Part shown: piece after piece, positions 1 to 8,964 of the stretch
How positions within the stretch are numbered: position 1 is the first letter of the stretch
Layout of the letters: each line of letters opens with the position of its first letter
Source: an uncultured Chloroflexia bacterium
GTDB lineage: Bacteria > Chloroflexota > Limnocylindria > Limnocylindrales > CSP1-4
DNA: 64,000 nucleotides
NCBI GenBank assembly: GCA_963713975.1
Contig: OY970218.1
Coordinates: 2,848,001 to 2,912,000, forward strand
Reading direction: 5' to 3'
Notes under the pieces: generated by a model
The model's database searches: none
Told to the model about the DNA's origin: nothing
Seen by the model: the letters and a program-made list of their open reading frames with translations, nothing else
Position numbers and translations under genes: made by a program

Positions 1-1428
1 GCCCAGCGCGACGTCTCCCTCCGCCAGGCGGAGGTCATCGCGCTCACCGCCGCCGCCGAGGCGAAGGCCGCACAGGCCGGTCCGCTGGCGGATGCCGAGG
101 CCCAGCAGGAGGTCACCCGGCGCCAGACCGAGCTCGCCCAGCTCCAGGCGGACCGCACCCAGAAGGAGCTGATCGCCAGCACCATCCGGCCGGCGGAGGC
201 CGAGGCGGAGGCACAGATCCGGCGCGCCGAGGGCGACAAGGGCGCCCGGATCGCGCAGGCCCAGGCGGAGGCCGAGCGCGTCAAGCTCGCCGGCCAGGCC
301 GAGGCGTCCGTGAACGTCACCATGGGCGAGGCACAGGCCCGGGTGACCATGGTCAACGCGGAGGCGATCGCCAAGCAGACGACGCTCGAGGGCAACGCCG
401 AGGCCGGCATCACCTTCACCAAGGGCGAGGCCGAGGCCAAGGCGCTGGCCCTCCGAGCCGATGCCTACCGGCAGTTCAACGAGGCGGCCATCATCTCGAC
501 GGTCCTCTCGATGCTGCCCGAGATCGTGCGCGCTGCCGCCGAGCCGCTCTCGCACATCGACAGCCTGACCGTCCTTTCCTCCGAGGGCGCCTCCGACGTC
601 GTCAAGACGACGACCCGGACGCTGGCGGAGGCATCCGCGTCCGTGAAGGGCCTCACGGGCATCGACATCCCGGAGCTGCTGAACAGCGCCCTGGGCAGCA
701 ACGCACCCGCCAAGGGCCCGGTCGTCGTCAAGGCGAAGCGCCAGTCCAACGAGGACGAGGGGTCCGGCGGCGGCGGTACCTCCGGCACCGGCGGCACCCC
801 GCCCCCATCGGGCTCCGGTCCGGCACCGGCAGCTCCCGAAGGCGGTGAGTCCGCGAGCGCCAGTCCGCCCGTTGGCGTCGAGCCCCCCGCGAGCGTCGAG
901 CCACCCAATTCGCCTGCGGGCCAGACCCCGTCCGTCGTCAAGCCGACGCCGGCCGTCAAGCCGACGCCGGCCGTCAAGCCGACGCCGGCCGTCAAGCCGA
1001 CGCCGGCCGAGCGCTTCGAAGCGGCGTCCAGGGCGATGGAGGCATCGCTGTCGCGGGCCACGGCTCCGCCCGCGTCGGCCCTCGGCGGGCTCACGTCGCC
1101 CATGCCCCCCCTGCCTCCGGTGAGCGACATGAGACCGGGCGACAAGCGGAAGGCCGCGATGGCCGCGGCCGGGGCGATCGGGATCAGCGAGTCGACCACG
1201 CTCAGCGAGTCCGCCCAGCGGCTGGCCGAGGAGCTGATCCGGGTCCCCGGGATCGAACGGTTCGGCAGCACGCGGCTGCGTGACCTGGATCGCGGTGGGC
1301 CGAGGTCGCTGCGGAACCTGTGGGGCGCTACCCGCGACGAGCTCTCGACCCGCTATGGGGACGTCACGATCGGGATGCTGCTCGACGCCTACGGTCGGGA
1401 GCACGGCCAGGGCGGACCGCCCCAGTAG
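1..1428 (+). CDS. Flotillin-family (SPFH) protein, 5'-truncated, with long Pro-rich C-terminal extension
   Basis: Frame 1 is open from base 1: AEAEA/AQAEAE coiled-coil repeats (IRPAEAEAEAQIRRAEG), then the flotillin C-terminal motif EAKALALRADAYRQFNEAA...LPEIVRAAAEPLSHIDSLTVLS...GLTGIDI. Confidence 0.85.
   Translation, partial: AQRDVSLRQAEVIALTAAAEAKAAQAGPLADAEAQQEVTRRQTELAQLQADRTQKELIASTIRPAEAEAEAQIRRAEGDKGARIAQAQAEAERVKLAGQAEASVNVTMGEAQARVTMVNAEAIAKQTTLEGNAEAGITFTKGEAEAKALALRADAYRQFNEAAIISTVLSMLPEIVRAAAEPLSHIDSLTVLSSEGASDVVKTTTRTLAEASASVKGLTGIDIPELLNSALGSNAPAKGPVVVKAKRQSNEDEGSGGGGTSGTGGTPPPSGSGPAPAAPEGGESASASPPVGVEPPASVEPPNSPAGQTPSVVKPTPAVKPTPAVKPTPAVKPTPAERFEAASRAMEASLSRATAPPASALGGLTSPMPPLPPVSDMRPGDKRKAAMAAAGAIGISESTTLSESAQRLAEELIRVPGIERFGSTRLRDLDRGGPRSLRNLWGATRDELSTRYGDVTIGMLLDAYGREHGQGGPPQ
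937..1008 (+). repeat. 4 x 18-bp perfect tandem repeat (GTCAAGCCGACGCCGGCC) encoding VKPTPA
   Basis: Directly visible; in frame within the flotillin tail. Confidence 0.95.
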
Positions 1429-1448
1429 TCACACGGGCACAGGCGATC

Positions 1449-1478
1449 CAGCAGGGCGGCCGCGAGGCCGCCCTGCTG
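1449..1478. terminator. Probable bidirectional terminator hairpin
   Basis: 13-bp perfect stem CAGCAGGGCGGCC / GGCCGCCCTGCTG with GCGA (GNRA) loop between convergent genes. Confidence 0.75.
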
Positions 1479-1481
1479 CGT

Positions 1482-2357
1482 TCAGCGGAGCATCCGGCTG
1501 GCGATCTCCCCGGCGAGCCCGCACGCATCCTGCGAGCCTGTGCCGGTGCCGAACGCCGCCGGGTCGATCAGGCTGACGTAGACGAGGCTGCTCCCCGAGC
1601 GCACAAGGATGCCGGCCGCGCCGAACTCGGAGAACGCGGTGCAGAACGCCTCGTCGCCCAGCCCGGTCACGTCGCCGTCGAGGTAGCCCTGTTCCTGAGC
1701 GGTCCGGCGGGCGCCCTGGAACTCACCCGCGGCATCGCCGCCGTCCTGCCGGGCGACACGACCCGTCGTGGATGTCTCGCTGGCTCCGACGATCCAGCAG
1801 TCGGGCGCATCGGGGATCACGCGCTTGTCCAGCACGACCTGGCCGATCGTGGCGTCCGCGATCCCGCCGATCGGCAGCGCCTGGGAGTCGGAGCCCAGCA
1901 CCTGGGCCAGGTCGTCGTCGGAGACGAGCTCGCAGGTCTTGGCGGTCCCGTCCAGGTTAATGCCGATGTCGTTCGCGAACGACGCGCCGAGGATGCCGAT
2001 CCCGATGACCCCGAGGATCGCGAGCACCACCAGGATGCCGCCGACGATCAGGCAGGCCTTGAGGCACCCGTTGCCGGAGCTGGCGGGCTGTGGGTTCCAG
2101 GAGCCGGCCGGGGGTGTCCCGGGCGGAGGAGCCCAGACGCCGGGCTGTTGCGGGGGCGATCCCCATTGACTGCCGCCCGGCTGGGCTGGCGGCAGGGTGG
2201 GTCCCTGGCCGGCCGTTTCCGCTCCACCCCATTGGGACGGCGCCGGCGGCGGGACGAGCTCCGCGGGCCACTCGCCGGCCGTCGCGGGCGGTCCGCTGGC
2301 CCGATCCGGGACGGGTCCGGACCCGGGCACGCCGCTTCCAGGTGCATCGCTGGACAT
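1482..2357 (-). CDS. Hypothetical membrane protein (Pro/Gly-rich N-terminus, one TM, Cys-paired extracytoplasmic domain)
   Basis: GGGAGG RBS before ATG; TM segment LIVGGILVVLAILGVIGIGIL; C-terminal CELVS...CW...GLGDEAFC resembles DUF3558-like domains. Confidence 0.7.
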   Translation of the reverse strand: MSSDAPGSGVPGSGPVPDRASGPPATAGEWPAELVPPPAPSQWGGAETAGQGPTLPPAQPGGSQWGSPPQQPGVWAPPPGTPPAGSWNPQPASSGNGCLKACLIVGGILVVLAILGVIGIGILGASFANDIGINLDGTAKTCELVSDDDLAQVLGSDSQALPIGGIADATIGQVVLDKRVIPDAPDCWIVGASETSTTGRVARQDGGDAAGEFQGARRTAQEQGYLDGDVTGLGDEAFCTAFSEFGAAGILVRSGSSLVYVSLIDPAAFGTGTGSQDACGLAGEIASRMLR

Positions 2358-2479
2358 CGAACCCTCCCGCGGTGAGCTGCATTGCTGGGGGCCATTCTGG
2401 GGCGTTGACGGGATTACGTCACGCGCTCGGGCCGGCCAGGGCGAGGCGCGTGCCGGCCGCCCGGCGACGGGATCTGGTC

Positions 2480-2485
2480 TACAAT
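2480..2485 (+). promoter_or_regulatory. Putative -10 box for the tRNA
   Basis: TACAAT 10 nt upstream of the tRNA 5' end. Confidence 0.5.
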
Positions 2486-2495
2486 CCTCGGCCGT

Positions 2496-2570
2496 GGCAG
2501 GGTAGCTCAGTGGCAGAGCAAGCGGCTCATAATCGCTAGGTCGCTGGTTCGAATCCAGCCCCTGCTACCA
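2496..2570 (+). tRNA. tRNA with CAT anticodon, most likely elongator tRNA-Met
   Basis: Cloverleaf: acceptor GGCAGGG/CCCTGCT, D arm GCTC/GAGC, anticodon loop CT-CAT-AA, T arm GCTGG-TTCGAAT-CCAGC, encoded ACCA. No initiator C1:A72 mismatch. Confidence 0.93.
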
Positions 2571-2580
2571 CACCTCGCGG

Positions 2581-2616
2581 ACGAAGGCGCCCGGGTCCCA
2601 GTGCCCGGGCGTTCGT
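2581..2616 (+). terminator. Hairpin downstream of tRNA
   Basis: ACGAA..CGCCCGGG / CCCGGGCG-TTCGT inverted repeat. Confidence 0.5.
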
Positions 2617-2808
2617 GTGTCGCCGATACGTGGTGAAACCTGAACCTCGCCTTACGGCCACGCGGCCCATCCATCGGCGATGCTGGCCCGTACAGGCAAT
2701 GGTGATCGGGGCCGCGGCCGGCGTTGCCGGGCCGGGATGACCCCGACGGTATACTCCCTCGGACGCCGGCGTCCCCCGTCGGCACTGTCGGACTCGGAGG
2801 CGCTCCGT

Positions 2809-4743
2809 TTGAACGCAAAGTTCCTGCGCAACGGGATCGTGATGCTCGTCCTCGTGGCGGGGACGGTCGTGCTGCTCTACACGTGGGTCCAGTCGTCCGC
2901 CCCCCAGCCGCAGAAGGGGTACTCGGAGTTCTACGACGCCGTCAAGGCCGGCACCGTCTCCAAGGCCGTCCAGGATGGTGAGACGCTCGAGGTGACACCG
3001 AAGACCGGCGGCACGTACACAGTGGTGGTGCCGAACTCGATCACCGGTGACGTCTACTCCGACATGCAGAAGGCGTCGGCGGCCGGCGGCCAGTCAACGG
3101 TGCCGGAGTACTCGAAGAAGCCCACGGCCGACACGTCGTGGATCGGCCTGCTCCTGACGGGCCTGCTGCCCCTGATCGTGATCGGCGGCTTCATCTTCTT
3201 CATGATGCGCCAGGCCCAGGGCACCAACAACCAGGCGATGTCCTTCGGCAAGAGCCGGGCCCGCATGTTCCTCGGCAACAAGACGGTGGTGACCTTCGCC
3301 GACGTCGCCGGTGTGGACGAGGCCAAGATGGAGCTCCAGGAGGTGGTGGAGTTCCTCAAGTACCCCGAGAAGTTCAACTCGCTTGGCGCGCGCATCCCGC
3401 GCGGCGTGCTCCTGGTGGGCCCTCCCGGGACGGGCAAGACGCTGATGGCGCGGGCCGTGGCCGGCGAGGCCGGCGTGCCGTTCTTCAGCATCTCCGGCTC
3501 GGAGTTCGTCGAGATGTTCGTGGGCGTCGGTGCCAGCCGCGTACGTGACCTGTTCGACCAGGCCAAGCGCAACAGCCCGTGCATCGTGTTCGTGGACGAG
3601 ATCGACGCGGTCGGCCGCCAGCGTGGCGCCGGGCTCGGCGGGTCCCATGACGAGCGGGAGCAGACCCTCAACCAGATCCTGGTCGAGATGGATGGCTTCG
3701 ACACCGCCACCAACGTGATCGTCGTCGCGGCCACCAACCGCCCTGACGTCCTGGACCCGGCCCTGCTGCGGCCCGGACGCTTCGACCGCCAGGTCATCCT
3801 GGACCGGCCGGACATGAAGGGTCGCACGGCGATCCTCAAGGTCCACACCAAGGGCAAGCCGCTCGACAAGACCGTGGTGGTGGAGGAGGTCGCGCGCCAG
3901 TCGCCCGGCTTCTCCGGTGCCGACCTTGCGAACCTGGTCAACGAGGCCGCGATCCTGGCCGCCCGGCGCAACAAGAAGGTCGTCGGCATGAGCGAGTTCT
4001 CCGAGGCCCTCGAGCGCATCGTTGCCGGCCCGGAGCGCAAGAGCCGGGTCATCAGCGACGACGAGAAGCGGATCATCGCCTTCCATGAGGGCGGTCACGC
4101 CGTCGTGCAGCGGATCCTCCCGAAGTGCGACCCGGTCGCGAAGGTCACGGTCATCAGCCGCGGCATGGCCCTCGGCTACACGATGGCCCTGCCCACCGAG
4201 GACCGCTACCTCCAGAGCAAGACGGAGTTCGAGGACAAGATCGCGGGCCTCCTCGGCGGCAACGTCGCGGAGCGGCTCGTGTTCGGCGACACGACGACAG
4301 GTGCGAGCAACGACATCGAGAAGGCAACCGATCTCGCGCGCCGTATGGTGACCGAGTTCGGCATGAGCGACCGCCTCGGGCCACTGTCGTTCGGCAAGCG
4401 TGACGAGATGGTCTTCCTGGGCCGGTCCATGGGCGAGCAGCGCGACTACTCCGACAACGTCGCGATGATGATCGACGAGGAGGTCAGGGCGATCATCGAC
4501 CGGGCCTACGTGCGCGCCACCGAGGTCCTCACCCAGCATCGGGACCGCCTCGACCGGCTGGCTGAGAAGCTCATCGCCGAGGAGACCGTGGACGCCTCGG
4601 AGTTCGAGAAGCTGTTCGACGACCTGCCGCCCAAGGAAGGGCGCTTCGCGGGGATCCCGCACATCGTCGCCCCGGGCACGGAGGGCGGGACATCGATCGG
4701 GCCCGGCACTCCAGCACCCAACCCTTCGCCGCAGCCGGCCTGA
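2809..4743 (+). CDS. ftsH: ATP-dependent zinc metalloprotease FtsH
   Basis: Two TMs, Walker A GPPGTGKT, Walker [33 protein letters not shown] zinc motif. Start placed at TTG 2809 behind GGAGG. Confidence 0.97.
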   Translation: MNAKFLRNGIVMLVLVAGTVVLLYTWVQSSAPQPQKGYSEFYDAVKAGTVSKAVQDGETLEVTPKTGGTYTVVVPNSITGDVYSDMQKASAAGGQSTVPEYSKKPTADTSWIGLLLTGLLPLIVIGGFIFFMMRQAQGTNNQAMSFGKSRARMFLGNKTVVTFADVAGVDEAKMELQEVVEFLKYPEKFNSLGARIPRGVLLVGPPGTGKTLMARAVAGEAGVPFFSISGSEFVEMFVGVGASRVRDLFDQAKRNSPCIVFVDEIDAVGRQRGAGLGGSHDEREQTLNQILVEMDGFDTATNVIVVAATNRPDVLDPALLRPGRFDRQVILDRPDMKGRTAILKVHTKGKPLDKTVVVEEVARQSPGFSGADLANLVNEAAILAARRNKKVVGMSEFSEALERIVAGPERKSRVISDDEKRIIAFHEGGHAVVQRILPKCDPVAKVTVISRGMALGYTMALPTEDRYLQSKTEFEDKIAGLLGGNVAERLVFGDTTTGASNDIEKATDLARRMVTEFGMSDRLGPLSFGKRDEMVFLGRSMGEQRDYSDNVAMMIDEEVRAIIDRAYVRATEVLTQHRDRLDRLAEKLIAEETVDASEFEKLFDDLPPKEGRFAGIPHIVAPGTEGGTSIGPGTPAPNPSPQPA

Positions 4744-4767
4744 GCCGCGCCGGCGGCGCACGACCCG

Positions 4768-4800
4768 ACGGCGGACCTCCTGGGGTCCGCCGTTCTCGTT
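4768..4800 (+). terminator. Intrinsic terminator after ftsH
   Basis: ACGGCGGACC / GGTCCGCCGT stem followed by TCTCGTT. Confidence 0.6.
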
Positions 4801-4883
4801 CGCGACAGCCGCATCACACCGCATCTCCGGGGTGCCGTCGCGCTACGATCACGCACGCCGCCCCAACAAGCCCTGGAGACCCC

Positions 4884-6305
4884 ATGACAGACCCGCATGC
4901 CGCCCCCGGCGCGACCCCCATCGACATGGCCGTCGAGGCCGCGCTCGAGGCATCGCGCGATGCCCGCACCGAGGCGCTCCTCGAGTTCGCCCGGATCCCG
5001 AGCGTGTCGGCGCTGCCGGAGCACGCCGGCGACATGGTACGGGCGGCCGAGTGGGTTGCGGAGCGGCTCCGGGGGGTCGGCGCGACGGATGTCGAGGTGT
5101 CGCCGACGGAGCTCCACCCGATCGTCTACGGGCGGATCCACGAGGCCCCTGGTGGCCCGACTGCGCTCGTGTACTGCCACTACGACGTGCAGCCTGTCGA
5201 CCCCATCGACCTGTGGGATACGGCCCCGTGGGAACCCTTCGTCAAGGACGGACGGTTCGTGGGCCGGGGCGTGGCTGACGACAAGGGCCAGCTGGTCATG
5301 CACCTGTCGGCGCTCGAGGCCCTGCGATCGGTCGGGAAGGCGCCGGCGGTCAACCTCACCTTCGTGTTCGAGGGCGAGGAGGAGTACGGGTCGGCCAGCC
5401 TCTACACCTGGATCGAGGCCAACCGCGACCGGCTGTCCGCGGACGTCGCGATCATCAGCGATACCGGCTACTTCGAGGGCAACCTGCCCGCGATCACCGT
5501 CGGCCTGCGCGGGATCATGTATGCGCAGATCGATGTGGAACTGTCACCGGTCGACCTGCATTCGGGCATGTACGGGGGCACGGTGGCGAACCCCGCCAAC
5601 GCTTTGGCCGGGATCATCGCAGCGCTCAAGGGCCCGGACGGGCGGGTCCGCATCCCGAGGTTCTACGACGATGTCGTTGCCCTCACCGACGACGAGCGTG
5701 CGGCGATGGCCGCCCTGCCGTTCGACGAGGAGGAGTACCGCGCCGACATCCCCGTCCCGCAGCTCGTGGGCGAGGCGGGCTGGACCACGCTCGAGCGCAA
5801 GGGAGCGCGACCCACCCTGGACGTGAACGGCATGTGGAGCGGGTTCCAGGGCGAGGGGGCCAAGACGATCATCCCGGCCCATGCCCACGCCAAGGTCTCG
5901 ACCCGCCTTGTCGCCGACCAGGACCCCGCCAGGGTGTACGCGGCGTTCGCGGAGTTCGTGGCGGAGATCGCGCCGCCGGGCGTGACGGTCAGCACCTCGT
6001 ACATCCACGGCGGCGAGCCGTCACTGACCCCCATGGATCACACTGCGACCAGGGCCGCGGCGCGGGCCCTCGAGGCGGTTCACGGGAGGAAGCCCGTCTA
6101 CATCCGCGAGGGCGGCTCGATCCCGGTGACGGCCGCGTTCGACCACACCCTGGGCCTGCCGGTCGTGCTGCTCGGCTTCACGCAGCCCGCGTGCAACGCG
6201 CACGCGCCGAACGAGTACCTGCTGGTCGAGAACTTCGAGCTGGGGACCCGCGTGATCGTGCGCTTCTGGGACGAGCTCGCAAGTACCTTCGGCGGATCCA
6301 GGTAG
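4884..6305 (+). CDS. M20/M25/M40 family metallo-dipeptidase
   Basis: HYDVQP, GRGVADDKG, EGEEE, DLHSG, GGSIP and HAPNE motifs. Confidence 0.92.
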   Translation: MTDPHAAPGATPIDMAVEAALEASRDARTEALLEFARIPSVSALPEHAGDMVRAAEWVAERLRGVGATDVEVSPTELHPIVYGRIHEAPGGPTALVYCHYDVQPVDPIDLWDTAPWEPFVKDGRFVGRGVADDKGQLVMHLSALEALRSVGKAPAVNLTFVFEGEEEYGSASLYTWIEANRDRLSADVAIISDTGYFEGNLPAITVGLRGIMYAQIDVELSPVDLHSGMYGGTVANPANALAGIIAALKGPDGRVRIPRFYDDVVALTDDERAAMAALPFDEEEYRADIPVPQLVGEAGWTTLERKGARPTLDVNGMWSGFQGEGAKTIIPAHAHAKVSTRLVADQDPARVYAAFAEFVAEIAPPGVTVSTSYIHGGEPSLTPMDHTATRAAARALEAVHGRKPVYIREGGSIPVTAAFDHTLGLPVVLLGFTQPACNAHAPNEYLLVENFELGTRVIVRFWDELASTFGGSR

Positions 6306-6383
6306 TCCCGGGGGGTAGCGGCGCGCTGCAAACCCGGTGCTAGGATGCACCCACGGCTATCGATCGCGGGAGGACCGGCGCAC

Positions 6384-7460
6384 GTGACAACCGAGACGGG
6401 GGCGGGGGCGACACAGCAGGCGTCCTGGCGTTTTGAAGGACCGAACGGGAGCATGGCGCCCCGATCGGCCATCGAGGTGCTGGTCGATCTCAACGAGAAG
6501 GTTGCGGGCGGCAAGGTGGGGGAGTACCAGCCGGTGCCGCTGGGCTTCACGCCGCTCGACAAGACCATCGGGACCGGCCTCCGCGCGGGCGAGCTCCTGC
6601 TCATCGGCGGGGCGCAGGGAACCGGCAAGACGACGATGGCGCTGCAGATGGCGCGCAACGTCGCGTCCGGCGGCCAGGCGAACGTGCTGTACATCTGCTT
6701 CGAGCACGACGAGCTGTACCTGTTGAACCGGCTGATTGCCGCCGAGTCCGCGCTCGCCCACCTGCCCCACAAGACCGGTGCGATCAAGATCCAGGACGTC
6801 CGCAAAGAGATCCTGGGCACCTGGATGGCCGAGGGCGGCGGTGTCGCCCAGCTGGCCGCCAACCCGCGCCTGCGGCCGTCGCTGGACCGGATCGCCCGCT
6901 ACGGCCAGAACCTGTTCCTGCTCCGCGGCTCACAGACCGCGAGCACGATCGACGGGATGCGCCAGCTCATCCGGCAGCATCGCGAACTGTCCGGAGACCG
7001 TCGCCTGGTCGTGGTCGTGGACTATCTCCAGAAGGTGCCGGTCATCCCCGAGCCCGTGAGCGAGTCGGAGAAGGTGACCTTCGTCGTCAACGGCCTCAAG
7101 GACATCGCCCTGTCCGAGGACGTGCCGATGATCGCGATCGTCGCGGCGGACAAGGAGGGCCTCAAGGCCTCGCGCCTCCGCAACTACCACCTGCGCGGGT
7201 CGTCGGCGATCAACTACGAGGCCGACATCATCCTGATCCTGAACGAGAAGTACCAGATCGTTGCCAAGGTCAACATCGAGTTCAACCCGTACCAGGCGCA
7301 GCGCTTCCGGGACTGGGTGATCGTCTCGGTGGAGAAGAACCGCGGCGGCCAGGACGCGGTGGACCTGGAGTTCGAGAAGCACTTCGAGTTCTCCTGCTTT
7401 GACCCCAACGGGCGGACGGTGCAGGAGAAGCTGATCGAGGAGCGCCTCTACAACGACTGA
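6384..7460 (+). CDS. DnaB-like helicase C-terminal-domain (RecA-fold) ATPase without N-terminal domain
   Basis: GFTPLDKTIGTGLRAGELLLIGGAQGTGKT, VVVDYLQ, LRGSSAINYEADIIL, VEKNRGG. Start chosen at GTG 6384 after GGAGG (ATG 6453 is an alternative). Confidence 0.8.
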   Translation: MTTETGAGATQQASWRFEGPNGSMAPRSAIEVLVDLNEKVAGGKVGEYQPVPLGFTPLDKTIGTGLRAGELLLIGGAQGTGKTTMALQMARNVASGGQANVLYICFEHDELYLLNRLIAAESALAHLPHKTGAIKIQDVRKEILGTWMAEGGGVAQLAANPRLRPSLDRIARYGQNLFLLRGSQTASTIDGMRQLIRQHRELSGDRRLVVVVDYLQKVPVIPEPVSESEKVTFVVNGLKDIALSEDVPMIAIVAADKEGLKASRLRNYHLRGSSAINYEADIILILNEKYQIVAKVNIEFNPYQAQRFRDWVIVSVEKNRGGQDAVDLEFEKHFEFSCFDPNGRTVQEKLIEERLYND

Positions 7461-7779
7461 GGTTCCGAATTCGAGCCGCGGGGGGTCTCGCTACCTCGTG
7501 CGCCGGACGTACGGCTTCCGGCGCTGGGCGGCGACCTGATGCGCAGGACGCACGGCTGAGGCTGCCGCCGGACGCCAGGCAGTGCCTGGATGCCTGCCAC
7601 GCACATGCGACGCACGTCGGCGACGATGGGCCGCGGAACAATGTGCGCGTGACGCACGGGCCGGTCGGAATCGGCATGGCCCACGTGCCAGGGCCGGGGC
7701 GGATCGTGATCTGGACCGGCTCGCTCCCGTGACGACGCCGGCCTCGTTCGGGCTGTACCGGGCACGGTAGAGTTCGCGC

Positions 7780-8298
7780 ATGACCAACCCCAATGCCGAC
7801 CGCTTCCCGGGCGTCGTCGAGATCGTCGTTGAGATCCCGCGGGGAAGCCGCAACAAGTACGAGTTCGACGAGGTAGCCGGTGTCTACCGACTGGACCGGG
7901 TCCTGTCGTCGGCCGTGTTCTACAACTTCGACTACGGCTTCATCGAGGGGACGCGGGCCGATGACGGCGATCACACGGACGCCCTCCTGATCATCGACGA
8001 GCCGACCTTCACGGGCTGCCACGTCTGGGCGCGTCCGATCGGCGGGCTGGAGATGCGCGACGAGAAGGGCTTCGACTTCAAGACGCTGTGCGTCGCCGTG
8101 CACGACCCTCACCAGCAGCACATCGAGCGCCTCGAGCAGATGCGCCCGCACCGGCTCGTCGAGATCGAGCACTTCTTCAACACCTACAAGCTGCTCGAGG
8201 AGAAGGACGTCGATGTGGTGGGCTGGCGGGATCGGGATCGCGCGCTCGAGGTGCTGACGGCGGATCGCGTGCGCTACCGGCGCGAAGTTGGTGGCTGA
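7780..8298 (+). CDS. ppa: Inorganic pyrophosphatase (family I)
   Basis: EIPRGSRNKYE, LDRVL, YGFI, DGDHTD, DFK, EHFFNTYKLLE motifs. Confidence 0.93.
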   Translation: MTNPNADRFPGVVEIVVEIPRGSRNKYEFDEVAGVYRLDRVLSSAVFYNFDYGFIEGTRADDGDHTDALLIIDEPTFTGCHVWARPIGGLEMRDEKGFDFKTLCVAVHDPHQQHIERLEQMRPHRLVEIEHFFNTYKLLEEKDVDVVGWRDRDRALEVLTADRVRYRREVGG

Positions 8299-8878
8299 GC
8301 GCCCGGACCGACTGTTCGTCGCGGTGCCGCTGCCACCGGCGCCGCTGGCGGCCTGCAAGGCGCTGATCGAGGGCGTTCGCGCCGGACCGCTCGGTGACGT
8401 GCCCCGTTGGGTCCACGTCGACAACCTCCACCTGACGGTGCGCTTCCTGGGCGAGACACCGCCCGAGCTCACTCCGGATGCCGCGCTGGCCGTCCAGGAC
8501 GCGATCACGGGTGCGCGGGCGTTCGAGGTCGTCCTCGCCGGGGCCGGCGCTTTTCCGGAGGCGCGCAAGCCGCGCGCGCTGTGGCTGGGCATTGAACGAG
8601 GCGCCGGGGAGCTGGGCGCACTCATGGATGCGCTGGACCCCGCGCTGGAGCCCCTCGGCTGGCCGCGCGATGACCGCCCGTACCGCCCGCACCTGACGGT
8701 CGCGCGCCTGGATCGCTCGTCCATCGCCTCGTCCGGCGCAGTCGCCGACGAACTGCGGACGGCCGCCGCCGACTGGAGGACGTCCTTCCGGGCGGACCGT
8801 GTGGTCCTCTACCGCAGCCACCTCGGGGGCGGACCGCCCCGCTACGAGCCGCTGGTCGAGGTGGCGCTGGAGCCCTGA
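8288..8878 (+). CDS. thpR: RNA 2',3'-cyclic phosphodiesterase (2H family)
   Basis: RLFVAV, two HxT motifs (LHLTVRFLG, PHLTVAR). Confidence 0.9.
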   Translation: MVAERPDRLFVAVPLPPAPLAACKALIEGVRAGPLGDVPRWVHVDNLHLTVRFLGETPPELTPDAALAVQDAITGARAFEVVLAGAGAFPEARKPRALWLGIERGAGELGALMDALDPALEPLGWPRDDRPYRPHLTVARLDRSSIASSGAVADELRTAAADWRTSFRADRVVLYRSHLGGGPPRYEPLVEVALEP

Positions 8879-8964
8879 GCTTCGCCCGCGTGTTGCCCCT
8901 GTGCGGCAGGACGCGCTAGGCTCCGGGGGCTCTCCCCGTCCACCCACCCGGAGGTCGCCACCTG

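Noticed and set aside
937-1008. Tandem repeats (also 51078-51130 and 54695-54790) as a CRISPR array
   Set aside because: Units are contiguous with no unique spacers, two sets are in-frame protein linkers, and no cas genes are present
2496-2570. tRNA-Ile2 (lysidine) or initiator tRNA assignment
   Set aside because: No C1:A72 mismatch or triple G-C anticodon stem, so not initiator. G1-U72, G2-C71, C3-G70 fit elongator Met better, although Ile2 cannot be fully excluded without tRNAscan-SE
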